This document shows, one piece after another, positions 28,966 through 44,454 of a stretch of DNA of 64,000 nt (the first letter of the stretch is position 1; the number at the start of each line of letters is the position of its first letter). Source of the DNA: the human T2T-CHM13v2.0 reference genome, Homo sapiens. The notes below the pieces were generated by a model that did no database searches, was not told where the DNA came from, and saw nothing but the letters and a program-made list of their open reading frames with translations. The DNA is taken from the NCBI RefSeq assembly GCF_009914755.1, contig NC_060926.1; one strand, 5' to 3'. The translations under genes were made by a program, and so were the position numbers.

Positions 28966-30049
28966 TCATTAACAGTAAAATAGGAAGCCTAAGTATGGCA
29001 TCTACAAGGAGATACTACGCAGTGATGGAAGTGGACGAACTGCGACTGCCTGCAAGGCTGCAGGAGTCTCACAAGCTAATGTTGGCTAGAAGAAGCCCGA
29101 CGGAAATGAATACACACTCTTTACTTCCATGTACATAAAGTTCAAACCCAGCTAAAAGTAACCTAGGATGCTGGAAATCAGGACAATAGTTGCCTTTGCA
29201 AATGGAGAGGGCAGTGATTAGGAGAAGGGCTTCTCAGGAGCTGGGAGCATCTCCACTTTACATTTTGCTAGTTGAGCCCTTTTCTGTGCTTGTGTCATAA
29301 TTCAACAAAAGCATACATGTTTACACCCCTCATGGATATTTACATTTTTCTAAAGGATGACTAGAAAGATTTATTTCAATATAAGGAGTCTGCAATGGCG
29401 TTTTCAGGCACAATGAGTGCTATGGTTAAAGTATTTGTCTCCTCCAAAACTCATGGCCCCTGGCATGTGGAGTGCCTCTATCTGAAGAACAAGAGGAACT
29501 CAGAGCTAGAAGCCTCTTTATGGGGATCACTCCAGGTCTTTTATTGATGAAGAAATAAATATGGCTTCCTGGGGTCCCGTGGGAGGGTCCCAGATCACCC
29601 CTCATTCAGTCTCCATCCTGCTCCTCCCAGGCAGACACCGGTCTCACGGTGCGGTGTAGGGGAGCCACACTGTGTCCTGGAAAGTTCATTAGCTTGTAAA
29701 GTGGTGCAGCGCTTCTGGCCTGTTGCCAGTCCACGCCACTCTCCTTGGGTGCAGCAGTCCCGCCCCACCCCGCCCGCCCTCCTTGGGCCCAAGGTGCAGC
29801 TGGGAGCTGGGTGTCTGCGTCAGCCTTTCCTGCAGCTGGGGGCTCCTCTGACTCCCACGGGGAGCAGGAAGCTGCTTTCCCGCTGCACTCGATGTAAACA
29901 GTAAACACATCCCAGCACCTGCCAGACCTCCCTGTTCCGCTGCTGCTGTCCCTGCCGCAGCCCTGGGAAGAGGCCTGAGGCCCAGGGGTGTGCAGGCCAC
30001 CAGCATCTGCCATGAGCCCACCGAGGAAATAATGGCAGCTGTGGGACTG

Positions 30050-30410
30050 CACGCATGCCTACGTGTGCATGCCTGTGTGTGAACACATGCATGTGTGGGG
30101 TGTTGATGTGTTTGCATGTGTGGGATGTATGTATGCATGTGTATCTGTGTATGTGTGTTTTTGGGCCTGTATATGTATATATGTATATGAGTGTGTGTAG
30201 GGAGTGGTCCATGTGTGTGTTTGTGTGTACATGTACACATGTGTATGTATGTACAGCATGTGGTGTGCATATATCGTTTGTGTTTGTGTGCATGTGTTTG
30301 TGTAGTGTGTACAGATCACATGTGTACACGTGCATAGTGTGTGGTATATATGAATGCCCTGTGTGTGTGCATGCATGTGTATATGCTGTACATGTGTATG
30401 TATGTGTGCC
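30050..30410. repeat. Degenerate (TG/TA)n alternating purine-pyrimidine tract
   Basis: About 360 bp of tgtgtg/tgcatg/tatatg; explains the His/Thr- and Val/Cys-rich ORFs. Confidence 0.93.
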
Positions 30411-33329
30411 GCCAGATTGACCCAAGGTCACTCAGAAGGTTTCTGAAATTAGCCCAGCCCAGCGAGCTTTCCATAAAGCCACAACCCTCTTGACAGCACC
30501 CGGCTCATCTTCCTTTCCAGACAGGTTGGGAGTGAGGCCTGAGGAATGGTGGGCACCAGGCTGGCCAAGGGCTCCAGAGGTGGAGCCAGGGTTATTCAAG
30601 AGGTGGTGGACAGACGTGCAGGGCACCCCCAAAGCGGCCCCAGCAGGAGAAACAGAGCAGAGTGAAATGAGAAGAAGGGTAGTGGGAGGATCTGGAGAAG
30701 GGCCCCAGCTTTTTTGGGGCCCCAGGGGCTTCTCACAGGACCCTTCTGCCATGCCCCTCCTCCTTCTTCATCGCAGCCTGCACTTCCATTCCAGGAAGGT
30801 ACAGCCTGCCCCATGGCACTTGTTCTGCTGGGCAGGGTCTGCTTTGGGCACTCAGCAGTAATTGAACAGCAGGTGGCGTTCACTGAGAATGTGCCCTCGT
30901 GCCAGGCATTGTGCCGTGTACACGGCTCAGTTTACTCCTCACGATAGCGCAGGGAGGCAAAGATGAAATGCACGTCCAGGGAGAACGCTGTGTGCTGAGC
31001 TGGGACTTATCCAGGCTCTGCCCAGGCTGCAGCTGGGATGAAGCCTGAGTTAGGGTCAGTCAGAACCTTGCTGTAAACCACTAGAGTTGACTGAAGAGAC
31101 TACATTTCTAGGATGCTTAATCTCTTGATCAAAAAAACGTACTGTGTTTGTTTGCCACGTTGAGGAACTGGGTTAGTGGCCTTGGGAACTGTGACAGTCA
31201 CCTGACAACAAAACCAGTATGCAGTGGAGAGGCCAGAACCTACCCTGCACTCCTGGGTTCCCAATCGACTCCCCAAAGCTCAACGTGAGAAACTCACTTA
31301 CTGAATATCTATAAAGCAATAAACACTTGCTGATTGTACCCTCTGTGCCAGGGACCTTAAATACACTATCTTGGGTGATTATATAGGCGCTAGGTGCAGC
31401 TGTTAAGAAAAGCTAAAGAATCAGAGAGACCTGCCACTTCATCACGAACTCTCAGATTCTCCATCAGAAAAGGGTTCTTGCAGGGATGAAGCCAGGCAGT
31501 GCTCAGCCTGATCCCTCAGCCTAGGTAGGGTTTCCTCTTCCTCATGTTCATCGCATGGATCTGGCCTTGCACATTCATTTGTATGACCATTTTCTTAATG
31601 TGTCCTTCCCCCTCAGACTGCAAAGCAGCTCACTACTGCATTCTCAGCCCCTAGCACTGTGCACGGCACACAGAGAGTGCTCGGTGAAAGATTTGTAGCA
31701 TGAGCCAAAAAACCACTGCTATGCTGCAACTGTGAATTTGAGTGCAGCAGAATTGTTAGGGGACCCTGCACTGACGAATGAATGATTCTAGTGGTGGAGG
31801 TTTCAGGTGCTTTCACACATATATTTTGGACCAAGGTCCTTTTGGTTTCCCACGTCCTGTTGCTGGGGCGGCTGCCAGCTTGGTTTACAGCCCACAGTCT
31901 TGGTCTGCTTGGCTTCGTTTCGCATCATCGCGTGCTTCTCTTCAATTAAAGTCTTAAGACTTTCAAGGACAGGACAAGCCACTTATGCCGGTGGCTTGGG
32001 TCCCACAGTATCATTAGTGGCTAAAAATCACGTCAGTCCTGTGAAACAGCCCTGTGACCACCTACCACAATTACGGTCTTCATATTAAATGTGGATATGC
32101 GTTTGAAAAGGGTCTCAAACAGATTCTTCAGCATCAGGGCCTTTCAATTTGCTGTCTCTGAACGCAGGTGTTTGGTGAAGCCCCGACGGTCTCCGTCTCA
32201 GGAGCATCTTTTCAGCAATGCCCTGACATTGGTTTTGGGCCTGGGACCTACTTATTCCTACATGCAGAGCCACCTGAGAGGTCAAATTGCACTTTAATCA
32301 GACTCCATCCCGCAGAATGCTCCCTTAATGAGGGTTAAAGGTATTAATTACTGTCCCCTCCACTTCAGAATGTGCTCAAGAGGAGCTAATTGTCACATAA
32401 TGGCCCAGGGCGGCTGAGGCCCTAGCAGAGCTCTGAGGAGTCTACAGCTCCCTCCGCCGGTACCCCCCCGCCCCCCGCCATCGCCTTCCTCCCATTTCAT
32501 CCCACAGAGCTGCTGTGCTTCCTCTCCCCATCAGATAAAAGTGGGAGTTCTAGGGCATGGCGGCCTCACCTTCCAGGAGGACTTTGGGTTTTCAGCGTGG
32601 ATGGCCAATAGGCTCAGTTTGCTGACCTGCTCCGTGGATGACAAGGTACCATGCCTTCTCCTACTGAGTCAGTGTGACCAGTGCCTCTTTAGAGGACAGT
32701 CTGTCAATAGCTACCCAAATGAAAGACTCACAGGTGATTTGACCCAGTAATTTCCATTCTAGGAGTTAATCCTACATACTTTTATTTATTTATTTTTTTT
32801 TGGTATATACCCACGAAGACTATGTAAGGGCACTTATTACAGCAAGGATGGAATAGCAAAAGGGTGGAAATAATCTAATTATCTGTCAGAGTGGACTGAT
32901 TAAATAAATAATGGTATATCTATAAAGTGGGGTAGTACGGAGAGAATACAAAATGAGGCCCGTCTGTATGTGCTGATATGAAACAATATTCAAGTTACAG
33001 AATTAAGCAAAAAGAGCAAGAAGGTAGAACAGTATATATGTTCTAATGGCGTGTTACCATTTGTGTGAAACACGCAGAATATGAGTATGTGTGTGAGTAT
33101 ATCTAAGCGTATCTACACTCCCTCTCCACACCCACTCACACACAAAGCAGCAGGCTGTGATGTAAATATCAGCATGTGCTGAGCTATGGAGTGTTGGCTC
33201 TGGCGGACTTTGCAGTGACAGACAAAGGGCCCTCTGATCCATGGGCAGCAGAAAAGTGTATGTATCTTTGGCTCAGAGGAGGGGCTGGCTGACACTACCA
33301 AGCTTTCAGACAGAGCTCATGGCCCCATG

Positions 33330-34199
<870 letters not shown>

Positions 34200-34379
34200 C
34201 TGTGGAAGTAGAGCACAAACTCAGCACTGGGCAGGGCAGGAAGCCATCCTTTGGGAAAAGGCTGAGTGAGGCCCTGGCAATCACGTCTCCATGTTAGTGT
34301 GCTAGGAAAAAGGGAGTGAGTGTGTAGACAGGATCTTTAGCTATCTTTACCAGTTTTTAAACTTAGGTTACTCTAACGC

Positions 34380-34595
34380 CGTCCTGCCCAGTACATCAGT
34401 CACACCAGCCATGTGTGGCTATTTAAATGGAAATGAACATTGAATACAATAAAATATTCAGTTCTTCAGTTGCACCAGCCACATTTTGAGTGCTTAGTAG
34501 CCTGGTAGCTTAGTGTGACTATGGACTACTCCTACTGGCAGATCACAGATCTAGAACTTTTCCATCATTGCAGAAAGTTCTACTGGATGGTGCTC
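34380..34595. mobile_element. MER3/MER33-type hAT-Charlie element
   Basis: gccatgtgtggctatttaaat...cagttgcaccagccacattttgagtgc...ccatcattgcagaaagttctactgga. Confidence 0.75.
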
Positions 34596-35774
34596 TAAAG
34601 CATAAGTATCAAGTTTCCATCACTTAATTACTGTTTATTAAATGTTACCTGCACAGGTTTTTATGAGTTCTGAAAAAGTGTACTTGTCGTGAAACTAAGA
34701 CCAAGTGAAATGGTATTTTAAAAAACGGTTTACTTTTACCCTCATACTTTTCATTTCTTTGCAGTGCAGATGTCATTGCTTTGCAACAGACATCAAATCC
34801 CAGAGCCCTGATGTTCTCTTCTTGGGCCATAAGTGGGGTCCCATGACACGTGAAAGGATCTTGGCAGAACCATCTTGGAGACAGGAATGTCAAAGGGCTC
34901 TGGGATGTTAGGGTGGGGGAGTCTGCCATTTCTCAGGCCACCCTGGGCTTTGGCTAGACATAATCTGAAGTGGGTAAGGGGAGTCTGTGGAAATTGGGGC
35001 ACCTTTGGTAATGAGAAGGCAAGTCTGTGGAGGGCACCCTGAAGCCAGTAGTTTGTTCGAGGGGACACTCAGGAGGAGGATGACTTCGTGGGGAGTGCGG
35101 AACTGTCCAGGGCACATCGGCCTGTGACTGTCTCTGTCTGTCCCAATTTGTATCAGTCTGCTGTGTACAGACACAGGCTGGGGGGTGTGCTGGTGGCCAG
35201 AAGACACCTGGAAACCACAAACCTTCTTGGCCATTGATGATCCAAGCCACTGGGAATCCTGGCAAAACCTGGATGCCTGACCTGGTCTATGCAGTGTGAG
35301 ATTTTATGAATTTCTGTGGTCTAACCCCAAACTGTCAGACAAGGTATTCTTAAAATTCAAGTTAAATTCATCCCATCTCAATTGAAGTCTACTTCCTCTG
35401 ACTGTGTTCTTACCACAATTTAGAAGTGGGTTACTTGCTATCTTCCACCAATAACCTTTCACATCCTTACACGATTTAAATTTCTCTTTTGAGCTTTCCC
35501 TACTCTTTAATCTTTTTCTTATGTACCCTGTGTTATTTCTTCACGTCGGCTTTCCCTTCTCTGCATTTACCCCATTTTTATGCCATGGTTTTCATCCAGT
35601 CATTGGCCTGATAATTTTTCAGTCCTTCCAGTGAGGACTAGGCGGGGTGGATGATGTCCAGGCTTCAATATTAGCAGTGGGACCTGGACTCCAGCTATCT
35701 CAGCTTCAAAATTAGGATGTTGAAATAGTTCATTTGTAAGATCCTGTTTTCGCTCCAGCAACCAAATTACCGAG

Positions 35775-36315
35775 TCAGTTCAAGGACAACACCTTTATTT
35801 CATTATATAAAATCTATTACTAGAGCAAAGAATTAATTTATTAAAATAGATGCAAGATACTATACAGTGTACATGGATTAATAAAAAGCTAGTGTACTGA
35901 TGATATACTCATTGCTTACTAATTGTCAAACTAGAATATTCTTTAACTGTCACATTTTAAATTTGACAACTAGTACTGATGAGAGGAAGAGTCCAACTTG
36001 GAAAGACTGTGGAGGGTGTCAAGAGTGAATTTCAGTTATATACAAACTTGGCGTGGATTAAAGCTGTGGAAAGTTATGATGAACACCCAGCTAGGTGTCC
36101 AGCCTGGGAAAGGCATAACAGCACATGCAGTGGTTAGCGGGTTTGCGGCATCAGCTCACCTGCACACTGCTAAGTTCCTTCCCCTGAGGGCTTCTTCAGG
36201 CGGGCAATGGTGAATCTTTTCTTTGGCGAGTTGGGGTCCTCTCCATCCCAGAGAGACTCAAGCATGGTTCTTCAGAAAGGCATTACTTTTTCTTTTTTGC
36301 CTTTTTCTCTTTCTT
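35775..36315 (-). other. IQCA1: IQCA1 3' UTR (about 540 nt; end approximate)
   Basis: Repeat-free sequence from the stop codon to two AATAAA signals. Confidence 0.75.
35794..35842 (-). terminator. Two AATAAA polyadenylation signals (35837-35842, 35794-35799)
   Basis: tttatt on the + strand twice; GU-rich sequence (ggtgttgtccttg...tttggttg) follows the distal one on the minus strand. Confidence 0.75.
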
Positions 36316-36411
36316 TTATTTCCTTTTCCCTTTGTCCTTTGCCTTTTCTGTGCTGCCTCCTGTTATCGCCAAGGCACGTTTTTTACCCAGAGGAGTTTTG
36401 GCATACCAGTT
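36316..36411 (-). CDS. IQCA1: IQCA1/DRC11 last coding exon ([31 protein letters not shown])
   Basis: Acceptor gtatttcag|AAC, phase 0; 31 codons plus TAA at 36318-36316; translated by hand. Confidence 0.93.
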   Translation of the reverse strand, partial: NWYAKTPLGKKRALAITGGSTEKAKDKGKRK

Positions 36412-37197
36412 CTGAAATACAATAGAAGTTTCGGAAAAGGTCAGAATGACACCAATTCACCGCAATACTCTTAAAAATAAAGAAAAGCCTGCTAAGCAGG
36501 AAGGGGCAAGCAGCCATTGTACTTTGGGCATTTAAGGTATGCTTGACACAAGCTCTTTCTCAGTGGGTTTTCCAGACTGTTTTTCTGCATGATTTGAAAC
36601 TTCAACCTGTATTTCTGCATGATTTGTTAACTCAGGGAGTTAACAATTTCAGAGAATCTCAGGCTAAACCTAACCAGCCATCCTTCCCAACAAAGTTGCC
36701 TGTTTTTCCGGGGTTGGGTTTTCTTGGTAACGTGAAGGGTGCTCATGGTTCATATGTGGCCATGTTCAGTAAACAATGGGCGGCCATTCAACTACTCTGG
36801 GGGAGTTGCTGTTGAAACCACGGTAGAAATAATGGAGCCCAAATACTAACCAAGAACTTAGTGATTGTAACTGGCCCCACAATGGCATTTTTCTCAACCT
36901 TTGCGTTTTATTTGAAACCTAAGAGACATTTGGGTTTATAAACTTTATAGTAGCAATATTTCATTGCAGGATTATATTACATGTTATTTATCGATTCTCC
37001 TATTAATGGATATATGACATTTGAATTTTTGGTTATTATGAAGAATGCTGAAGTTCACAATTTTTACACAGCTCCTTGTAACTATGTGAGAGAACCTCTT
37101 TAGGGCACACATTTAGAAATAGAACTCCTGGGGTTGTAGGGTTTGAACATCTTCAATTTTACTTGGTATTGCTAAATTGCTCTCTGAAGTTCTGTAA

Positions 37198-37540
<343 letters not shown>

Positions 37541-38407
37541 TAAAATGTCTCTTTTCTCCTGTCTCTTGTATGCCAGTTTAGCTGGATACAAATATTAGGC
37601 AGATAGTTGTTTTTCCTTAGTACTTTGTAGATATTATTTCACTATCTTCTGGCACCTATGGTTGTTAAAGAGATGTCTGATTTCCCAATTGTTTCTTTGT
37701 AGGTAATCTGGTAGGTTTTAAGCCTGGCTTTTAATCTTGTTCTTAAGTTCCCAACAATATATCTAGGTATAGATTTATTTGATTTGTTCTGCTGATTACT
37801 AGGAGTTTATTAGTTAATAAATTATTTTACTTGGAATTGATTTTTAATCCTTCTTTAATTCAGGAAAATTCTCAGTAATAATATCTTTAAACAATTGTTC
37901 CTCTGATACTTACTGTATTCTTTTTGTGTTCTAGAACTTATTGTGTTCTAGAACTTCCATTAATGAAGGTCAGTGTCTTCAACCCACCTTTGATGGATCT
38001 TTGTATTTTTATGGATTTTACCTTCTTGTTTTTTTGTGCTGACTATTTGGGGGTACTCCCCAGGACCATCTTCCTGTCCACAGATTGCTCTTTGATCATG
38101 TTTAGTTTAGAGTTCATACCTCTTTCATTTCCTTTGTCATTTTATACTGATTGCCATATTTTTAATTTCTAAGCTTTCTTTCTTTTTCTTTGCAATTCAG
38201 ACCTTAGCTTCTGACTCTCTAAGCTTTCTTTTTGTAATATTTTTTCATAATTATCTCTTCTCATTTCATTTTTTTCCAAAATGTTCTGTGCATTTCTAAT
38301 GGAAGTCATGCTCTCATTTATTTTTTGAACATCTTAATTATATTAATTTAAACATTTTGTCAGATTGTATTTAGCACTAGATTTCCTAAAATGTTTTGGA
38401 ATTTTGA

Positions 38408-38725
<318 letters not shown>

Positions 38726-38812
38726 TAAGATCCTCTAAACTCAAATACAGAACCAGGTCTTATAATGATGTTTTTGATTGATGCTTCCCTTAATGCTTCC
38801 TGGTGATATTAG

Positions 38813-39558
<746 letters not shown>

Positions 39559-40445
39559 TGAGTTTTTAATTTTAATGACTATATATTTTTTTCACTATCA
39601 AAAGTTCTATTTGGTTCTTTTTCAAATTTTCCTGTTTTTCCTCCCTAATGTTTCTGGTCTTTAATTTAAACATGCTTATTTTGTAGTCTCTTTCAGAATG
39701 TCCTTTTATCTCAGGTTCTTGGTAGTGCTATTCTGTTATTTGCATTTGCTGACTCTCCTTGGGGTAGATTATTGCTTGTGGCTCATAATTTTTTATTATG
39801 AACTCATCTTTAGCAAGGCTGGTATTTCCTGTAGGAATCCTATGTACCCTGACTTGGCTAAATTTCCATACAGAGTGGTTTTTAATTTTGCTTTTGATGT
39901 GACTTCAGGGGTTTTAATGATACCATTATCATTTTAAAAATTATATTAATATTTCAACTCGAGATTCTGGGACCATGGAGGTAGTACAGATTTGGAAGTT
40001 TGACATGCATGGTGTAGGCTTGGATTTTGATTTCTTATGGGCCACTTTTATTCCCCACCTAGATCCCTGAGAAGATCACAAGTTCCTTGATGCTTCCCCA
40101 TGGCAACCTATAAAGTGTTCCAACTTTGTGCAGTTCCAGCATTCTGTCTCTCATGGGCCTCTCCTTGCCTTTCTGTTTGGATCTTATACACCCCTAGGCC
40201 ACCCATGTATTAGCTCATATAGTTGTTCCTGTCTTTGAGATGTACCTCTCTGTTAGTGGCACTGGGGGATTCCCTCTTCCTTCTTTTAGCCTTGGCTCTG
40301 TTTTTAATGTAAGGTGAGGTGGCCATGTACTTAAGGCGATGAACTCCTAATTTATCGAGACCCCGTACAGAATATAGTTAATGAAGTTCGCTTTGGGGAA
40401 AGGTATGAATTTCAGCTCTGCTACTTTCTAGTTGTTACTTGCCTC

Positions 40446-40955
40446 TTGTATTGTTTATTTTATTGCTGCTGTGGCAAATTTCCGGAAACATGGTGGCTTT
40501 AAGCCACACATTTATGATTTCACAGGGCTGTAGGTCAGAAACCTGGAACGGGCCTCACTGGGTGACAATCAAGATGTCTGCAGTGCTGTGTCCCTTTCTG
40601 GAGCCTCCAGGTGAGAATCTTTCCCTTGCCTTTTGCAGCTCTCAGAAATCACCTGCTTTTCTGGCTTGTGGCCCCTGCTCCACCTTTGGATAGCAATGCT
40701 GGGCTACCTGGAGTACCAACGTGCCCTTCTCAGACTGCTCTCTCTGGTTTTCTCTTCCAACTCCCTCTTCGGCTTTTCATGATTACATTGGACTCACCAG
40801 GATAATTCAGGATAATCTATCTTCAGGTCAGCTGACTAGCAGGCTTACTCCATCGGCAGCCTTAATCCCCCTGTGCCGTGTAACCTCACTTATTTTCAGG
40901 TTCCAGGGATGAGGATGTAGACGTCCTTGAGGGGCCATTATCCGGCCTACCATGC
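40446..40955 (-). mobile_element. MLT1 (MaLR) solo LTR
   Basis: ttgctgctgtggcaaatt...gattacattggactcaccaggataattcaggataatc...gggggccattatccggcctacca. Confidence 0.82.
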
Positions 40956-41833
40956 CTGTCCATATCTCAGTTTCCTCATGTGCAAAACAGGGGGTTATGA
41001 GTCTAAATGAGTCAGTACAGTGGCTGGCACATAATAAGCAGTCAATACGTATTAGCTAACATTATTAGACTTACTATCATCGTTATCATACATATTCTCT
41101 CCATCATGTCTGTGGAGCAGGGTAGAACGTGTTTGGAGAATCTGCAAGGTCTTCATCTGAGATAACGTTGTCGGAAGCACAATTAGGTGAAATTTCTCAG
41201 GGTTTGCCTCATTAGAAGGAACCATAGCAATGGTATCACATTATTCAGGAGAGTGTGAGGGTGTCACTCCATCTATCCATGTGTTTAATGAATGTGTCCC
41301 TAAACAAATTTATTAAACATCTACTTGGGGCCAGGCACAGGGCCAAGCACTGTTGCTGTAATGGAGGCACAAAGGGATTGGGTGGAAAGGGTAATGATGG
41401 CAAAATGATGCAGTTTCTTTTGAAAATGAATAGAGCAAACAAATACACCAAGAATGGATGTGTGAAGCATATGCATTCTCATCCCGGGTCATAAAAGGGT
41501 AGTAATTCCTTTTCTTGAATAGTGTGATCAGACCTCAAGCACCTATAGATAGAAAAACTTCTAGAGATTACTTCGGAAAGTTAAAGGCTCAGCCACGAGA
41601 AAGGATAGGCTTCCACACCTTATCATCTAACTCCTCAAAATAAGGAGGAAAATTAATATTTTAGAAAGGAGAAAAAATGGGGAATTTCAGAAAAGAATAT
41701 GATGTATCATTTGAAGAGGATAATATCAGCAATTATGAACAGGTTTAAACAGTTAACGAGAATATTACTAATAATTCAAATGCTTGGTAAACACTCAGCT
41801 AGAGTTACATTTTTTTTTCAGCCTTGCCAGAGC

Positions 41834-42053
41834 GGGGGTCAGCAAAATATGGCTGATGGGCCAAATTTGGCCTGTTGTCTGTTTTTGCAAATAGTTTTAT
41901 TGGAACCCAGCCATACGCATTCATTTCTGTATTGTGTATAGGTGCTTTTGTACTATGATGCACAACTGAATACCTGTGATAGAGACTGCATGGCTCTCAA
42001 AGCCTAAAATATTTACTATCTGGACCTTTATGGGAAAAGATTGCCAAGTTCTG
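41834..42053 (+). mobile_element. MER58A-type hAT-Charlie element
   Basis: ggggtcagcaaa...gttttattggaacccagccat...aagcctaaaatatttactatctggaccttta. Confidence 0.85.
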
Positions 42054-42974
42054 TGCTAGACCATTACTTCTGAAATCATTATTATGACTATTTTTCACCT
42101 TTCTAATGCTTCACTGAAGAATTAGGGGCAAACCAGGAAGGAATCATAGTTTTAGATTTGATGGAAAAGTGATGTGTTGCAGAGGGAAATTTTCCTGATG
42201 TTAAGCAGGCTCCCAGAGATAGGCTTGGATGGGAATTTCAGTGCCCCTTCTGGTGACTGCACAGCCAATATTGTGGTGGTCTTCAGTTGCATGCATATAA
42301 TCTCTTACCTTTGGAGTTGGTCAGGGAAACTTCCTTCAGAAAGACAACACCACTGTATTTATTTTTGCTTAAAGGAGAGCAGGCAGAGTTTGAGGAGTGC
42401 CTGCTGGCCTGGGCACTCCTATAAGAGAGGGTGTTGGGAGAGATAATTCTCAAAGTTTCCTTCAGATCCAAAAAGTTCTGTGAATAGGTCAGAATGTATT
42501 CAAACATTGGAAAACTAAATTTTGATGAGTTATCTTGTGGCTTCCTATCGCAAATGAACTGAAACTGAAAAACAAAGTGTTCCATGACAATTGTGGGCCC
42601 CAAACAGCATTGGCTTGAACTATACTATTTGGGGAATGATTTCTCTACGCAAAACTTATTCCATAATACCAAATATGAAGTAAAAACCCAAATAAGTATA
42701 TGTGTCTATGTGAATCCAATGGTGTTGAAGCTGCTACTCAATTCTGCAATTGGGCTGTTAATATATAAGGCCACACACCATGGTTTTCCTAAAATTTGGA
42801 AGATACATGCTTTACTGCCAAAACCCCAAAGATTTTGTCATCCAAAATTTCAGGTTTCCAAATTTCACTGTATATGGCCGAGTTCCAATTCACGAAACCC
42901 ACGGAACTGCAGAGGGAGGAGGCAGCGTGAGGAGTGTCTGCTGCTAAGACTTGGTCATCAGGGTGTTCATTTAC

Positions 42975-43213
42975 CTTAAAGCTCTCTTCTTCCTCTTTGT
43001 ACACTGGATTCATGCTGGTTATCGCCGTAATAAACTCAACTGCAGTGAGAGGTTTATGAATTTGCCGCCGGATTCTCTGATCTGTGAGCACGCCTTTAAC
43101 CACTTCGACTATATGTCCTTGGGTGAAGCCGTCAGTGACCTTCGCCAGGCAGCTGACATTCAAGGCACTGGTGAGGACTCCTCCATTGCGTTCAATGATT
43201 TGCTTCCACAGAA
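42975..43213 (-). CDS. IQCA1: IQCA1/DRC11 penultimate coding exon, 239 nt ([12 protein letters not shown]...TDGFTQGHI...EEEESFK), AAA lid region
   Basis: Lies within ORF 42789..43244. Acceptor caacag|TT completes Val with the G of the previous exon; donor AAG|gtaaat. TDGFTQG resembles the AAA lid motif TEGYSG. Confidence 0.95.
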
Positions 43214-44454
43214 CTGTTGTATCCAGAAAAGACACAGAGAACAAGGGTTACCACAGAGAAATCAGTGCCAGTTTCCCTCTCGGTTGAAAGTTGCATCTCA
43301 TCAAGAAAGGAATACACAGAAGTCTACTCTAGCTTATTTGTAACTCAAATGAACCGAAGCCAAGTAACTAAATGCTTTCCTCTAGAGAATTTTCAACCAT
43401 AAGCCATACATATCAATGACCCTGAGGTCTATAGATCCACAAGTGCCCTGCAAATTAACAAGGAGAAACACAAAACCACCGTCAGTATAGTTTTAATGTG
43501 GTACCTGTAAAGATGTTGACAATCTGTCAACACTGGAAATTTTCATAAGGTGTATAATGGCATCTCTTCTCATCAGAATATTGTATTTCCCAAGTAATTT
43601 GGGTAAGTAGTTTAACTTTTTTTTTAGATATAAAGTTAATTTCTCACATTATTTTTACATCTGGAATCAGAATGCAGATTCCAGTTTTCATCAGCTACTG
43701 CCAGGGTCAGTTCCCTTTCAGTGGAAGACACTGTATTACACATTTTATTAAATAGAGCAATTTGACCCTTATTCTTTCCCCCTCAGCAACTGTAAACACG
43801 CATTGGTTGACTAGAGTCCTTCAGATGAGTCCTGGGTGTTCTCTGGTTCGTGGGACCTGGAGTAAATGAGATATTTCAATCTGAACACAGGGATGCTGTG
43901 AAAATGAATTATGAAATAATTCTGGATGCTTAACTTTAGAGATGGAATGAACTCCTGTACAATCCTTAAAATCATTCTGTATTTGGAGAATTACCTCTAT
44001 TCTGTAAAGGGAGCACAAGGGAAGTAAAGGAGACTTGCTGTAACTTATTTAATTATATCGAGACGGTGGAGAAGGGTGAAGGGTGTTTACAAGAGCATCT
44101 GTCAGTCTCAGCACTGGGATAATCTGGTCAAATATTTCTAAACCATTTTGACTTTTCTTGAGGAACACTTGAAACCATTTTTTAAAAAATGACCATGACT
44201 ACCTGATCTGAGCATTGTCAGGCCTGGTAAGCGGTTAATTCTGAGTCTGTTAAATGACTACATCACACAAGTATGTTGATCCAAAAATGGCTGATAAAAT
44301 GAAAAGATCTACTTACTATAAAGGAATAAAATGGCCTATAATGTAACTATGAACCAAGCTGGAGAATCTGGCTTTTGGGCCACGAGCTATTGCAGCAGTT
44401 CACTCCCACTGTCCTCTTTTGGGGGGTCCTTGGCCCTGTGGGTGAGCTGAGCTG

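Noticed and set aside
29689-30431. His/Thr-rich 193-203 aa ORFs
   Set aside because: Produced by the TG/CA low-complexity tract.
41100-41250. Possible snRNA-derived fragment
   Set aside because: By-eye comparison with recalled U1 and U4 sequences gave no convincing match.
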